Shown here: piece after piece, positions 38,946 to 52,734 of the stretch
Numbering within the stretch: the first letter of the stretch is position 1
Layout of the letters: the number at the start of each line of letters is the position of its first letter
Assembly: GCA_951406725.2 (NCBI GenBank)
Contig: OX597814.1
Coordinates: 23,746,001 to 23,810,000, forward strand
Reading direction: 5' to 3'
From: Octopus vulgaris
Taxonomy: Eukaryota
DNA length: 64,000 nucleotides
Program-made: the position numbers and the translations under genes
The notes under the pieces: model-generated
Told to the model about the DNA's origin: nothing
Databases searched by the model: none
The model's input: only the letters and a program-made list of their open reading frames with translations

Positions 38946-39245
38946 TGGCCCAATACTTCTCACATAGTGAGGCCTGCTAAAGGAACCCCCCCATTTACAT
39001 GTAGTAGTGTCAAACTATCTACTTACATCAAAATTTGAATTAATAAATAAATCATCATCATCATCATAAAAATTAATTTTAATAATTGTAATGAATGAGG
39101 ACAAAGTATAAGAGAATGTAAGCAAAGTAAATAACAATAGTGAGAAAAAGAATAGAGCCCAAACATTTTATTCTACAAATTGTATCTAGGGTCTTTTTTT
39201 ACCTGTAAAGTTTTCCATGATACTTTGTAAAGAATTATCATCATA

Positions 39246-39664
39246 GAAGTAGGAGTGGCTGTGTGGTAAGTAGCTTGCTTACCAACCACATGGTTCCGGG
39301 TTCAGTTCCACTGCGTGGCACCTTGGGCAAGTGTCTTCTACTATAGCCTTGGGCCAACCAACGCCTTGTGAGTGGATCTGGTAGACGGAAACTGAAAGAA
39401 GCCCGTCGTATACATGTATATATATATATATATATTTATGTGTGTATATATGTTTGTGTGTCTGTTTGTCCCCGCCCCCAACATCACTTGACAACCGATG
39501 CTGTCGTGTTTATGTCCCTGTAACTTAGTGGTTCGGCAAAAGAGACTGATAGAATAAGTTCTAGACTTACAAAGAATAAGTCCTGGGGTCGATTCAGTTG
39601 ACTAAAAGTGGTGCTCCAGCATGGCCACAGTCAAATGGCTGAAACAAGTAAAAGAGTAAAAGAG
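39246..39664 (+). mobile_element. SINE family B
   Basis: Full length, collinear with 1379-1777. Confidence 0.92.
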
Positions 39665-42171
39665 ATATGATCATGAATACAAATATTGCTAAAGAACACC
39701 AACTTTCAACGGGGGAAACAATGAAAGAAGACAATGCATGAATAACAATTATTGAAGTACATACTGAGACTAAAGCTTTAATTGAGCAGAACAACCAGTC
39801 TGAATAGTTTCCTTTTACATTACCTTCAAACAACACGCTCTAAAAATGGCTTGCATCTTTAGTAAAATCTTCTCTCTTTATAGTTCTACAGGAGTTTATC
39901 TTAATTAATGGTGATGCATATGAGAGTGACACAGTCCTAAGAAAGACAAGGTCTCATTAAATATTGATACTTTCAGTATATCAAAGATGATAAAATGACC
40001 ATAAATATCAATGTTTTGTTATATCATGCAAACATTTACTTGAGTATTAAATACACTCTTACAAGAACATGGATGGTAGGGCTGGATCTTGGCTACCATC
40101 AACAAACTTAAACCTGTTGCAAGAATTCAAACCAGATACCAAGAGTTCTCAACTGCCCCATACTTTCCTTACTTACAGTGGCCAGTGAATGTTCAGGCTG
40201 GGTTTATCTAAATAAATTGATTTCAGTACTTATGCTACCAGCTCTTTTTGCCAATGTGTCAAGTTACAAGAACGTAAACAAACCAACACCTCTTGTTATG
40301 AGGTAAAGGTAACAAAAATCAAGCATCTCAGAGATTATGACGATTACCTCTCCTCATCTTACTCATATAAGAAATATATTTTAAAAATATAATGAAACCT
40401 AAAAGCTACAAGATATAGAATAACGTCATCTGCAACATGTGAACAGATATTCACAACCTCAGCACTCGACCCATTTAAGAGCTTTTCTTTTGCTAACTTT
40501 TAATATGTTTTATTTCATTATTTTAGCTATGTTATGAATTTCAACTGTTCTTATATTAATGTATCTTGTACTTCATCAACGACAGAATTTGGCCTTAAGT
40601 CAAATATTCTAAAATATCAGAAAATAAAAGCACATTTTGAAATACAGTGTTGAATTTTAAATATTCTGGAATTTAGAAAGTTTTTAATATAGGAATGTCT
40701 ATCTAGCAACTTAAGGATACACAAATTGATATAGTTGTATTTTTTTTATTTGTTTGAAAAATGTTACTCAATCTATTTCCTGTAAACTTCAAAAGAATTT
40801 GAATTCAGTTGTGGAAAGAAACTTTTACTGTAATTATATGCCAATTTTCTTTTCATAGTTTGGAAGGAAGCAAAAGTTGAATTCAATATTTTTCATACAA
40901 ATTCTCAAATAATTTAAATGGGTACAAAAACGTTTTCATAGAAATCTTGAAGAAAAAGTTATTTTGTTTCTTGAAATTGCTAGCAATCAGCTGAATGACA
41001 ACTGAACAAATCTTTACTGGCACACTAAAAACATTCAAAGCATACTGGCTTATTAAAATCAATATTCTACAATGTAATTTCTTTTAGTAATATCAACTTA
41101 CCAGGATATGTGGAACTCTTGTAATTTACTGAAGGATCAAAGAGTATATTCTTGTTTTTATTTACATTTTTAAGTAGTTTTCAGGTCTAATATTCAATAA
41201 AATTGATGTTATGTGAAAGAAAATTACCCAACCTCAAAGCAAGTAAATTTAATGGAACACATTTAGACAGACTTGTGTTATGGTTTGCATTTTTTCTTTA
41301 TGCAAAGAAATATTCGAGTTCAAATTTTCCTTCTTGTGAAAATATTTTAATATATCTGCCATTGTTTTGAACACTTAAAATTTAGTTTCATGCTTGCTTA
41401 ACTTGGATAGATTTGCAATAAAATATTTCTAAGTGTAAACATTTATCTGTGTAATACAATGTAGTCAGGTTTGGTTTGGAGAAGGCAGGTCTACTTCAAT
41501 ATCTGATTAAAAACTATTACTGGCTCTCAGGTGCCAATAGTGAAATCCAGTCTGTTGCAAGATTTTCGAGCAGGCCTTCTACTTAAAGATAGCATCTTGC
41601 TGCCTCTTGAGTAGCACCAAGGAAAAATATACTATCGAGGCTTAATCCTGTACATCCTTCTCCCTAGTCACTGGATTAAATGAGACTCATTCAAGGGCTC
41701 TGACTTCCAGCTGTTTCTTGTATGTTTTTTTACCAATGTGTATTGATATTTTGCACAACATGTTCATATGCTGAGAAAAAAAAAATTCTGATGAATGCAT
41801 CAACGAAAGCTTTTGATGTCAAGTTGCTTCCTTTAAACATTCACTGTTTACATGAAATTAATTCTAGTTTTGTTGAACATATAGCCATACTTAGAAATAT
41901 CAGTTTTATTTCTTCTTTTCATGGATCCACTGTTTTGTTTAGAATGTAATGTTTTCCAATAATACAACTTTGAAATTAAGTAACTAACAAACTGATGGCT
42001 AATCATTTAATTACTCTTTACATTTATTCAGATATTATTTTATTTCATGTTTGAAAAACGTTTTTGATAATTACAAATGGATGTGAAAAAGGAAAAAATG
42101 TTCTTTTATCTTAATACTATATTTAGTACAAAGTGCTCATTTTCCAAATTTCTAAACCTAAAAGATAGCTC

Positions 42172-42591
42172 TCTCTTTTCTCTTTTACTCTTTTACTTGT
42201 TTCAGTCATTTGACTGCAGCCATGCTGGAGCACCGCCTTTAGTCGAGCAAATCGACCCCGGGACTTATTCTTTGTAAGCCCAGTACTTATTCTATCGGTC
42301 TCTTTTGCCAAACCGCTAAGTGACGGGGATGTAAACACACCAACATCGGTTGTCAAGCAATGCTAGGGGGACAAACACAGACACAAACACACACACACAC
42401 ACACATACATATATATATATACATATATACGACAGGCTTCTTTCAGTTTCCGGCTACCAAATCCACTCACAAGGCATTGGTCAGCCCGGGGCTATAGCAG
42501 AAGACACTTGCCCAAGATGCCACGCAGTGGGTCTGAACCCGGAACCATGTGGTTGGTTAGCAACAAGCTATTTACCACACAGCCACTCCTG
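42172..42591 (-). mobile_element. SINE family B
   Basis: Full-length copy. Confidence 0.92.
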
Positions 42592-42704
42592 TTCACATTA
42601 TATTTGGAAACTAAACGCTAGCTTTTTTTTCCAAGCAAAATGCATGGCCACAATCTCATTGTATGGTGAAGAAAGTAATATCTGTTGCCCAGAGAGTTTA
42701 AATG

Positions 42705-43005
42705 ACCATAACCTTGTGGCCTATGCTAGGGGTGTAATCAGTCCACTTATGTGTGCCTTTTCTTCATTGGACGCTAAACTCTGCTTGTAACGACCAGTTG
42801 AGGCAAGTGAAATCGAAGTCGTTAAGCACACCATTCAAGCATGACCGTCACCAAGCACCCACTACACTCTCGGAGTGGTTGGCATTAGGAAGGGTATCCA
42901 GCTGTAGAAACTCTGCCAGATCAGAGTGGAGTCTGGTTTGCCAGACCTCAGTCAAATCATCAAACCCATGCTAGCATGGAAAGCGAACGTTAAATGATGA
43001 TGATG
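42705..43005 (+). mobile_element. RTE 3' UTR copy of a diverged subfamily, lacking most tandem units
   Basis: 42705-42815 resembles the reverse complement of 8210-8310; ends GAACGTTAAATGATGATGATG. Confidence 0.75.
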
Positions 43006-43014
43006 AATAATGTG

Positions 43015-43745
43015 AATGTTAAAGATGATGGTGTTTCTGATCTGCTATTCCAGTTTCTTGCAGATTATACTCCATGGGTTTCTCTCCTTTGGTAATGAAA
43101 TACTGAAACTTCTCTAACCTGTTTTTGATATCTGCAGACAGCTTTTGCACTACGTGAGTTTGGCAAGGAACTAACTCTTCATGTCTCTCCACAAAGCACT
43201 GACTCTAGCCAACATTTATCTTAAAATGGTCAGGCATTCTTCAAATTTGGCGATTTCCAACATCTAGAGACATTTCTTCATCCATTCAATCATTTGATCT
43301 TCCAAGTTAAAAAATAAGGCAGATTTCTTATTTCTTTATTGCCCACAAGGGGCTAAACATAGAGGGGACAAACAAGGACAGACAAATGGATTAAGTCAAT
43401 TACATCAACCCCAGTACGTAACTTGTACTTAATTTATTGACACCGAAAGGACGAAAGGCAAAGTCGACTTTGGCGAAATTTGAACTCAGAACGTTATGGC
43501 AGACAAAATACCGCTAAACATTTCACCCGATGTGCTAATGTTTCTGCCAACTCGCCACCCTAAATAAGAAATCTACCTAAATAAGGCAGATTTCTCTGCT
43601 TCACCTGCAGTATAGATTGAAGTTTGGATTTTGTTTTTGTGTTAAAGTGAGATTCAGAACACCTAAACATTGACCAGCTATGTAGTTTCCTTTTGTTTTT
43701 GCATACAAGACTAGTCTTCAATTTCACTGCACATGCATACCATGT
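43015..43745 (-). mobile_element. Decayed pogo-like transposase (Brinker-type DBD, CENP-B HTH, start of DDE), split by a SINE
   Basis: YAKTKGN..AGQCLGV, LEDQMIEW, FKINVG*SQCFVERH..VQKLSADIKNRLEKFQYFI..YNLQETG then a degenerate DETP-like region. Confidence 0.65.
43329..43561 (-). mobile_element. SINE family A with 17-bp TSD
   Basis: TSD AAATAAGGCAGATTTCT at 43312-43328 and 43579-43595. Confidence 0.92.
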
Positions 43746-43810
43746 TTACTAAGATATAACAGTATGAAAAGGGTGATAACTATATTATGTAATAAACTAA
43801 TAAATACATC

Positions 43811-44080
43811 CTGTTGTTCTGGGGAAAGTCATTTTCTTTTTGTGCCTTATAATGTAACACACTCACCGGTAAAATTTCCACTTATTTCTTTTTTTTTTCC
43901 AAAAATTTTCGTTGCGTCTTGCAACCTTTTCAATAGTCTTGACATATATATAATTGAAAAGGTTGCAAGACGCAACAAAAATTTTAGGAAAATAAAAATA
44001 AGAAATAAGTGTAAATTTTACCGGTGAGTGTGTTAAATTGTAAGGCACAAAAAGAGAATGACTCTCCCCAGACACAACAG
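43811..44080. repeat. Inverted pair of the 277-416 repeat (~125-bp arms, 18-nt spacer containing TA repeats)
   Basis: 43811-43934 is the reverse complement of 43953-44080. Confidence 0.92.
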
Positions 44081-44178
44081 AATATGCTTCAACACACGAA
44101 CTCATATAAAGAATCTTGAAAACCAAATCCAAAAACGAAATATGATAAATACATACTTATACACACACACACTGCAAC

Positions 44179-44209
<31 letters not shown>

Positions 44210-44553
44210 AGAGAATCTCTACTTTCAGTAGTGAACAATAACTAGTTTGCTCTTCTAAGCCAACACAACCATGTGTACATCACTGTACAAACTGAAAAAT
44301 AAAATTAAAAATAAACTTATTTAAATGCTTTCATTATCGAAATTAAATTGATTGTTCTAGAAAAAAAGCATGACTGCGCTGTTTCTACAATATCGACTTT
44401 AAAGCAGCTGTACTTTTATGGCCTCTGACAGTTAAGTTTAAAGTTCACTTCTGAATTTGCTTTTTGTACTTTTATGATGCATTAATTTTTTTCACTGTAA
44501 CAGGTTTAGTTGGTAATGATGCAAATATGACTGTATTCAGTAATTATAATATA

Positions 44554-44724
44554 GGCGTAGGAGTGGCTGTGTGGTAAGTAGCTTGCTTACCAACCACATG
44601 GTTCTGGGTTTAGTCCCACTGTGTGGCACCTTGGTCAAGTGTCTTCTACTATAGCTTCGGGCCGACCAATGTCTTGTGAGTGGATTTGGTAAATGGAAAC
44701 TGAAAGAAGCCCATCGTATATATG

Positions 44725-44755
<31 letters not shown>

Positions 44756-44972
44756 GTTTGTGCATCTGTGTTTGTCCCCCCAACATCGCTTGACAATCGA
44801 TGCTGGTGTGTTTACATCCCTGTAACTTAGCAGCTCGGCAAAATAGACCAATAGAATAAGTACTAGGCTTCCAAAGAATAAGTCCTGGGGTCAATTTGCT
44901 CGACTGAAGGCGGTGCTCCAGCATGGCTGCAATCAAATGACTGAAACAAGTAAAAGAATAAAAGAAAAGAAT
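44554..44972 (+). mobile_element. SINE family B
   Basis: Full-length copy. Confidence 0.92.
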
Positions 44973-45540
44973 TAACTAAACACTCCATTTTACGTACATT
45001 ATGATATAGATACCACTGCGATGACATACAACTGTTTGAGATGATACTAAAGAAACTACAGTGTGTTTAATAAATGAAAGGTTCCATAACTTATGATCAG
45101 GGATGTTCATTATACACGAGTATGTGTTACTCTCCAATAAGTATTGTTTTTTTTTTATTTAGGACTACTTAATTATTAATAGAAATATTAAAATTACTAA
45201 GTTTGTGTATCAAATAGCTAACTTAAGGCGATGGCCTCATGGAGCTAATAAGCGGACAGCTTTATTCTTATTTTTATAAGAATGCCATATTAGTATGGCG
45301 ATAACTATTATTTTACTTAATTATTGTTGCATTTAAAAAAAAACACAAGATATTAACAAGCAAAATATTAAGATAGTATTGCAGTAAAACAACTTCACAG
45401 ACTAGGTGACCTTAAGCTTAAAAGTAATTTAGTATTATTATTTTATATTAGCAATGTTACAGCAATGAGCCTCTTTTTTTTTTTAATCAGAAGTCAAATC
45501 ACAAAAGTATGATTATTAAAATACAAACTGTAATAATATT

Positions 45541-45715
45541 TTTTACTCTTTTACTTGTTTCAGGCATTTGACTGTGGCCATGCTAGAGCACCGCCTTTAG
45601 TCGAGCAAATCGACCCCAGGACTTATTCTTTGTAAGCCTAGAACTTATTCTATCAGTCACTTTTGCCAAACTGCTAAGTTATGGGGATATAAACACAGAC
45701 ACAAACATATACACT

Positions 45716-45755
<40 letters not shown>

Positions 45756-45779
45756 TATATATAAATATATATATATGTA

Positions 45780-45863
<84 letters not shown>

Positions 45864-46025
45864 ACGGGTTTCTTTCAGTTTCCATCTACCAGATCCACTC
45901 ACAAGGCTTTGGTCGGCCCGAGGCTATAGTAGAAGACACTTGCCTAAGGTGCCACGCAGGGGGATAGAACCCGGAACCATGTGGTTGGTAAGCAAGCTAC
46001 TTACCACACTGCACCTCCTATGCCT
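45541..46025 (-). mobile_element. SINE family B with expanded internal (TA)n
   Basis: Head and tail intact around about 150 bp of TA repeat. Confidence 0.9.
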
Positions 46026-46529
46026 ATATTCAAGTTTGCTAATTTTTTTGAAAAATTTTCAGATGTATTTGTCAGCTGAGATTAAACTGCTTAAGATGAA
46101 TTAAATCAAATCTTCATACATCATAATACTTATAAATTCTAATGGCAGCTTTATCAATATACATTATATACGCCAATACAACTCTGGAGTATGAATATCA
46201 CTGATATCTAATAAATTATTTTGCATGATTTTTTTAAAAACATTTCTATGAAATACTTATCCACTTCATAAAACATGTAGATTCATACATGAAAATGACA
46301 AAACACAAAACTTATTTGAGCAATGTTTCTTTATGAATAAAGAATTTTTTATTAAAATTATGATAAGTGATTTGGCTATTAAGAATTAAGCAAATAAATA
46401 AATAGATAAATAAATAGATAAAATAAGAAAACATTCAGCTGAAAGCAAAGTTGCAGAGAAATATACTTTGAGTTAAATATCTACATTGTAAAGTTGGTTG
46501 ATCATTGGGTTTCGATCAGATTTAGGTTT

Positions 46530-46786
46530 TTGCTGGTGACACGTAAAAAGCACCAACCGATCATGGCCGTTGCCAGCCTCCCCTAGCACCTGTGTCGGTG
46601 GCATGTAAAAAGCACCCACTACACTCATGGAGTGGTTGGCGTTAGGAAGTGCATCCAGCTGTAGAAACTCTGTCAGATCAGACTGGAGCCTGGTTCAGTC
46701 TCCTGGCTTTCTGGACCCCGGTCAAACCGTCCAACCCGTGCTAGCACGGAAAACGGACGCTAAACGATGATGATGATCATCATGAT
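46530..46786 (+). mobile_element. RTE 3' UTR copy
   Basis: CACGTAAAAAGCACC units, ends GGACGCTAAACGATGATGATG. Confidence 0.85.
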
Positions 46787-49625
46787 AGACTGACAGATTG
46801 TATTAGAACCAGATATATAAATCAATCCGCAGATAAAGCATTATGATCATTTTGGCCCTAAGTAAAAAGATATTGAAATAAAACTGTATTTCTCTGAATA
46901 CTTTTTTCTTGACCAATACTTCTACACTCCATATTATTTAGCATCAAAATATTTTTGCTAATAGTGAATTTCCTTCAAATCACATGGTTCCTGTTTTGAT
47001 TAGTCATAGCCATGTGTTGTGTTAGAATGCCCATTAACATAACACCTCACTCTATGAGTCACTTTGTCAAATAACAATTTCCTTAGCGATTTTATTGTTC
47101 TGTCTGCTTATTGAAAGAGTCTTTTTCTGTTTCCTTATATTACATCGTATCAAGATTGTGCTATTCAATAGAAAGAAAATGAATGTGTCACTGAATAAAA
47201 CTAACATCCATTAAAGATATTTTGTGAAGTCAACCGAAATTTCGGTTGCTCTAGGCAGTTTCACTTATCTATGGACAATTTGTACACTTGATTTTTTTTT
47301 TTGTTCCCTGAAATGTCTCTAAATTTTATCTGTTGTATGTTCAATGTGTTTAATAAAAATCAGGAAGAGATAGGCGACTGTATTTACACATATTTGCAGA
47401 TGAATTTTTGTTTAAATACTTCCCAGAAAATATAGTATAGAATACATTTTTGTTACTTATATTGCATTCAGTAGTCAACTTGAAATATATTACTTCATAA
47501 TGTATTAGTAAACTAATGTTTTTCAACAAGTTAAAATAATGTTATTGATACTTCTAATAACTTGAAATACTATGTGCATTTTGATAACTTTGTGAATTAA
47601 AGAATATAAAAACGTGTACACAATGATCACAAGAGTTTTAAAGATATTTTAACTTTAACTTTCAAAAATAAACAATGTTTATCAAAATGAAACTGAATAA
47701 TTCTGACGTTAAATAAAAGAAAATTTATAACTTTGTTACATAACATGTTGCATAATATTATAGAAAATTTTGCAAATTTAGTTTTTGAGGTCATTTCTCA
47801 CAATACTAGTCTTAACAATGAGATCACAAAGGACCAAGGTGCGTGATGATATACTGTATATAAGACCAAGCCATGTTAGCATGGAGAATCAAATGATACA
47901 ATGGTGCCGTTGATGACCATGATGATGATGAATGTAAGATATTCATTTCCATTTTCATATCATTTTCATTTAGAAAAAGTGTAGTTTCTGGAAGTTTTGA
48001 GCAAGCTTTTCAATTCTATATATAACATTTGATTTATGAAATGAACTAGATATTGACAGAATTATGCTAAAATATGAAAGGATACAATTATTTTGTTTTA
48101 TGGTAGTTTATTGATGCTGTTTAACAGGTTTTGTTTATCTTCTTTTTAGATTACTGCATATAAATATTAATTTCTTTGGTGAAATCTATTGATAGAATGA
48201 CTTGCAGCATTGCATGTATGCTGTTCTGTTGATAGTCAAGCACAACATAATGCCGCATTATTATCAATATATTGACATTGTATGCACTATCATTGTAGAA
48301 CTGTTAGATACGAGACATTGATTTCTTGATATATCTATTTTGTTTTGATTTTAATGTAGTTATTTCTATTTATGTTTTGGATACACAATAATATGGTTTG
48401 GTTTCTTGCCATATTTATATATACACATCTTCTGTAAACATTAAGAAATATTTTTATAAAATGGATGTCTACAAGGATAATAATCAATAATGAGGAAATT
48501 AACAAAAACAATTGTGATAGAAGTCTGAAAAGTTACTTGGTGGAAATATAACTGAACTTCAAAACACTTTATAACAATTTATGTGTATTGCTGCATACTA
48601 TAAAAATAACTTTATCAGATGGATTATCTTGAAAGAAAATAACAATTTCACATGTATTTCAACTTTTTCATGAAATGTACTGAAAATATTGGATATCAAC
48701 AAAGTCTAAAAAAATGTTTAAGAAAAGTTTTTGAATTTGATTTTTTAAAAAATACTTTTCTTTCTTTTTTCTTTTTTTATATATTACTGTATAAAAATAC
48801 GTTTTAGTTTATCTTTTTTCTATGCTAACATCTTGGATCATGTAATTTTATAAAGCCGTCTCCTTCTGTTGATATGTATAATCACCACCTTCATTTTTTT
48901 TATGCCTTTACTTCTACACCAACATGGATTACGAGACTGCAACACAACTGTTTTCCAAAAGTATAGGTACACCATCATCTTAAACAAATATTTGAAAACT
49001 ATATGGCATATACCGTATGCACTCCAGTTCTAGAAAAGGGACACTGTGTCCTTGGTTCCTGTATATTGTAAGAGGAACATAAAAGGGTTGGCAGCAGAAA
49101 GGAAATCCAGATAATTAACACTACTTCAGAAGAAAAACTCTAATCCATACCTGCATGGGGAAAACAGGCATAAAACGATAATGGTGGTGGTAATGATGAT
49201 AGTATCTTTTCCCCGCAAGTGTTACTTAATGGTAGAGAAGGCACATCTATGGAAAACAATGTTTATATGTAATGTGCCAGAAATATATAAAAATGTGAAA
49301 TATTTGTGAAACACACTAATTTAGACTTAGCTGATTGGTCTATAACCTGAGAAAAAAATAATTGAGGAATTCTGACAGAGAAATCTTAGAAGTTGTTTCA
49401 AACTTATCAAATAAAGTAGTGAAGGCCTTAGATAAGGCTTCCAAACCTTAGATAAGTACACATCAAAAAAATGAATCCATATCCAGCAACAGAGAAATAT
49501 TATTTTGTTTGGAAACAAGTGTGGGTTGGCAACATGAAGGACGTCCAACTGTAGAAAATTCTTCCTCATTGAATTCTGTATGATCTATGGAGGAATGGAA
49601 AAATTGGTATTAGAATCTTGATGAT

Positions 49626-49860
49626 AAGGTGGCGAGCTGGTAGAAACGTTAGCAGGCTAGGCAAAATGCTTAGCGGTATTTTGTCTGCCATTACGTTCTG
49701 AGTTCAAATTCTGCCGAGGTCGACATTGCCTATCATCCTTTCGGGGTCGATAGATTAAGTACCAGTTATGCACTGGGGTCGATGTAATCGACTTAATCCC
49801 TTTGTCTGTCCTTGTTTGTCTCCTCTATGTATATCCTCCTGTGGGCAATAAAGAAATAAG
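49626..49860 (+). mobile_element. Full-length SINE family A with 14-bp TSD
   Basis: B-box-like GAGTTCAAATTC; TSD AGAA(T/C)CTTGATGAT at 49612-49625 and 49859-49872. Confidence 0.92.
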
Positions 49861-50714
49861 AACCTTGATGATGATAATGACTAAAATAGAAACCTTTATG
49901 AAAAATTCATATTTCGCAGCTTATTAGCTTCAGATGAAATACCACATGATATTTCTTCTGACACTTTTACATTCTCAATTCAAATCCCTCTGTTCAACTT
50001 TGCCTTTCTTCTCTCTAGGATCAATAAAACAGTGTATCAGTCAAGTACGAGGACTGATTTAATCAACTAACTCCTTCTCCAAAATTTCTGGCCTTGTGCC
50101 AACAATAGAAAGAACAGCAGTAATAACAACAACAATGCTTTTTTCTACTATAGGCATAAGACCTGAAATTTGGGAGTGGGGAGCTAATCGATTACAATGA
50201 TCCCCTTGCTCAACTGGTACTTATTTTACTGACCCCAAAAGAATGAAATATAAAGTCAACCCTAGCAGAATTTGGACTCTCTTAATAGAAATAACGATTT
50301 CTGAATAAAGCACAAAGATAAAAACAAATTTGAAGAGAAAGGGTTAATTGATAATATCAACCTCAAATACTTCACTGATACTTTATTTTACCAATACTGA
50401 GAATGTGAAGGGTGAAGGGTGAAGATAACCTCCGCAGAATTTGTACTTAACATCTAAACTGTTGCAGCAAATGTTACAAAACATTTATACCTTTATACCA
50501 ATGTTCTAACAATTCTGTCAGCTCACTGTTTTCATAGATGATGATGATGATGATGATGGTGGTGATGGTGGTGGTGGTGATGATGATGATGGGGGGGGAG
50601 GAGGAGGAGGAGGAGGAGGAAGAATTCCTCTATGGAAATACCTGTGAAACTGAGGCATGAACCATGAAAACAAGGACAAACATTTTTATTTTTGAAAATG
50701 TTTCATAAACCTAC

Positions 50715-50880
50715 GGACAATTGAGTTTAACAAAGAATTGCCCAAAACTCAAAGCATACTGCTCTGAAATGTCAGCCTGTCTACAAGAATGTACTGACTT
50801 ATGTGAGCCTTTTTACTGGAAGAGAGATCAAATGTTAAAATTCATGTCAAATTGCCAACATCAAAGTGTTAACAGAATAG
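50715..50880 (+). mobile_element. Possible hAT (Charlie/SPIN-like) dimerisation-domain remnant
   Basis: NCPKLKAYCSEMSACL..TDLCEPF resembles FP.L...A..M...FGSTY.CE..F; degenerate. Confidence 0.3.
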
Positions 50881-51315
50881 GTAATGAAGATAGATGCTCT
50901 AGTGGTTTAAAGTGCATTTAATCATTTAATCAATTGGACTGTTTACTTATTAAATTAATGTGTTAGTGGCTGTTTATTTTGCAGGTATGTGTCCCCTTGA
51001 CATGATCTTAAGGCTAAGTTACTATAATACAATGTCTAGCAAGGATTAACCTTTCAACTGCAGTCCAGAAGATGGGCTTCCACAGTTTCAGTTTATCCCT
51101 TTTCACCAACAAGGCTTCTAATAACCCGAGACTCTTGTAAAAATAAATGCTTCACAATGAGATTGAACTCAGTATCTCATGATTTCAAAACAAATTTCCT
51201 CACCATTCTTGCTGTCACGTCTACGTCACAGATATCACAAGCCATCTAGTAACAAATTTTGGCTTCCTTTTTTGAACTTTGACTTTTACAATTCCTGATG
51301 TTATTTATTTTCTTT

Positions 51316-51347
<32 letters not shown>

Positions 51348-52734
51348 GTGTGTGTGTGTGTGTGTGGGTGTGGGTATTATATTCTACTACTTTTCATTTC
51401 ATTAAAAAAAATTTTTTCTGCTTCTTGTTAAAGCTATTTCATACTACTTTTTCTTTATTCCTTATAGCATCTATTTACAGGCCAACACAATCACATAGCT
51501 GGAGACTGTAGCCTATTGAACAGGTACTGATGATAAGGTTACTATGTATATAGCAATCTTTGTGTGATCAAGTAAAGAATACATTTCATCAAGAAAATTC
51601 ACAATTTCTTAAAGTTTTGCTGTATTAAAAGACTATTCTTGGTTATTTGTTTGGAGTAGGTTATATTTTGGCCAATATTGAAATTTAGCCTAGAAATTTC
51701 AAAGAACTTAACCATGCTCATGGTGAGTGCAAAGGATGATACAATGGTTAAGACTAAAAGACAGAAAATAATTCCATCAGTATGTCTGAACAGAAAACAT
51801 TTTTATAATCTAACATTTCTTAACTTAGACTTTTAAACTTTTCTTTTCAAGCACACATTCACAAGGTGATCATACATTATGTTAAATTAATACTTTTTGC
51901 TGACAATGAAATTAGTCCAAACTTAAACTCTTTAAAAAGTAAATGAAAATCCTAGAAATATCCTGCAGTGAATTAATGAATGGAGATTTCTGAAAATAGA
52001 AACATTATGCACAGACAAAGAAAAAAAAATCTACTGATTATATTTTATAAATATTGTTTAAAACAAGCAAGTACAGACTATTATATGTGCACATGGGATT
52101 CATAAATTGAAGAATTTCCAAAATAACAAAATATAATTTATTATAAAAAAGCAAAATCATCATTACTGTTTTACTGTCCATTTTTCCATGCTTGCATGGG
52201 TCAGGCTATATAAGAATTAAATGGTTATAATTCTGCAATCTTATTCAAAGTAAGTTTCTGTGTTTAAATCTTCTTAGGGGTGATCAGATATTAATCCTCT
52301 TCTATTATAAAACGATAGCTACAATTGCTTGGGTTGTGACATACTAAGGAGAACTACATTATGTTTTTGAAATCTTTCAAATACAGAGTTGAAAATGTGG
52401 AAACAAACAAAATTAAATGAAAGCAAAACATGAAAATTACTTGGGTGGGATTCAAGCTTATTTTAAAATGTTGCTTAAGTGAGCACGGAAGTAAAAGATG
52501 TTTGCTTGAGTCATACCTAAGAAAATTCAACCAGTTTTCTGCAAGAATCTATAAAATAAACGGGACAGCATTATTTAGCTGTTATTTTGCATCTTTGATT
52601 CATGGAAATGAATTAAACACTCATGATTCAAAGCAGCAATTTCAAACGTTGTCAGATCAGTACATTTAGTCCTGAGATCAAAGAATAGTAAGAAACTCTA
52701 CTTTTTCTGTGAATCATGAGGTCAAAGAAATTGA

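Noticed and set aside
39594-39836. Hydrophobic membrane-like ORF
   Set aside because: Partly SINE-derived, no splice or homology support; typical of T-rich strands
41470-41600. Integrase zinc-finger-like peptide GLLQYLIKNYYWLSG
   Set aside because: Lacks the His and Cys ligands; too short to support
47231-47248. Perfect 18-bp palindrome CAACCGAAATTTCGGTTG
   Set aside because: Isolated, with no supporting context; may be chance
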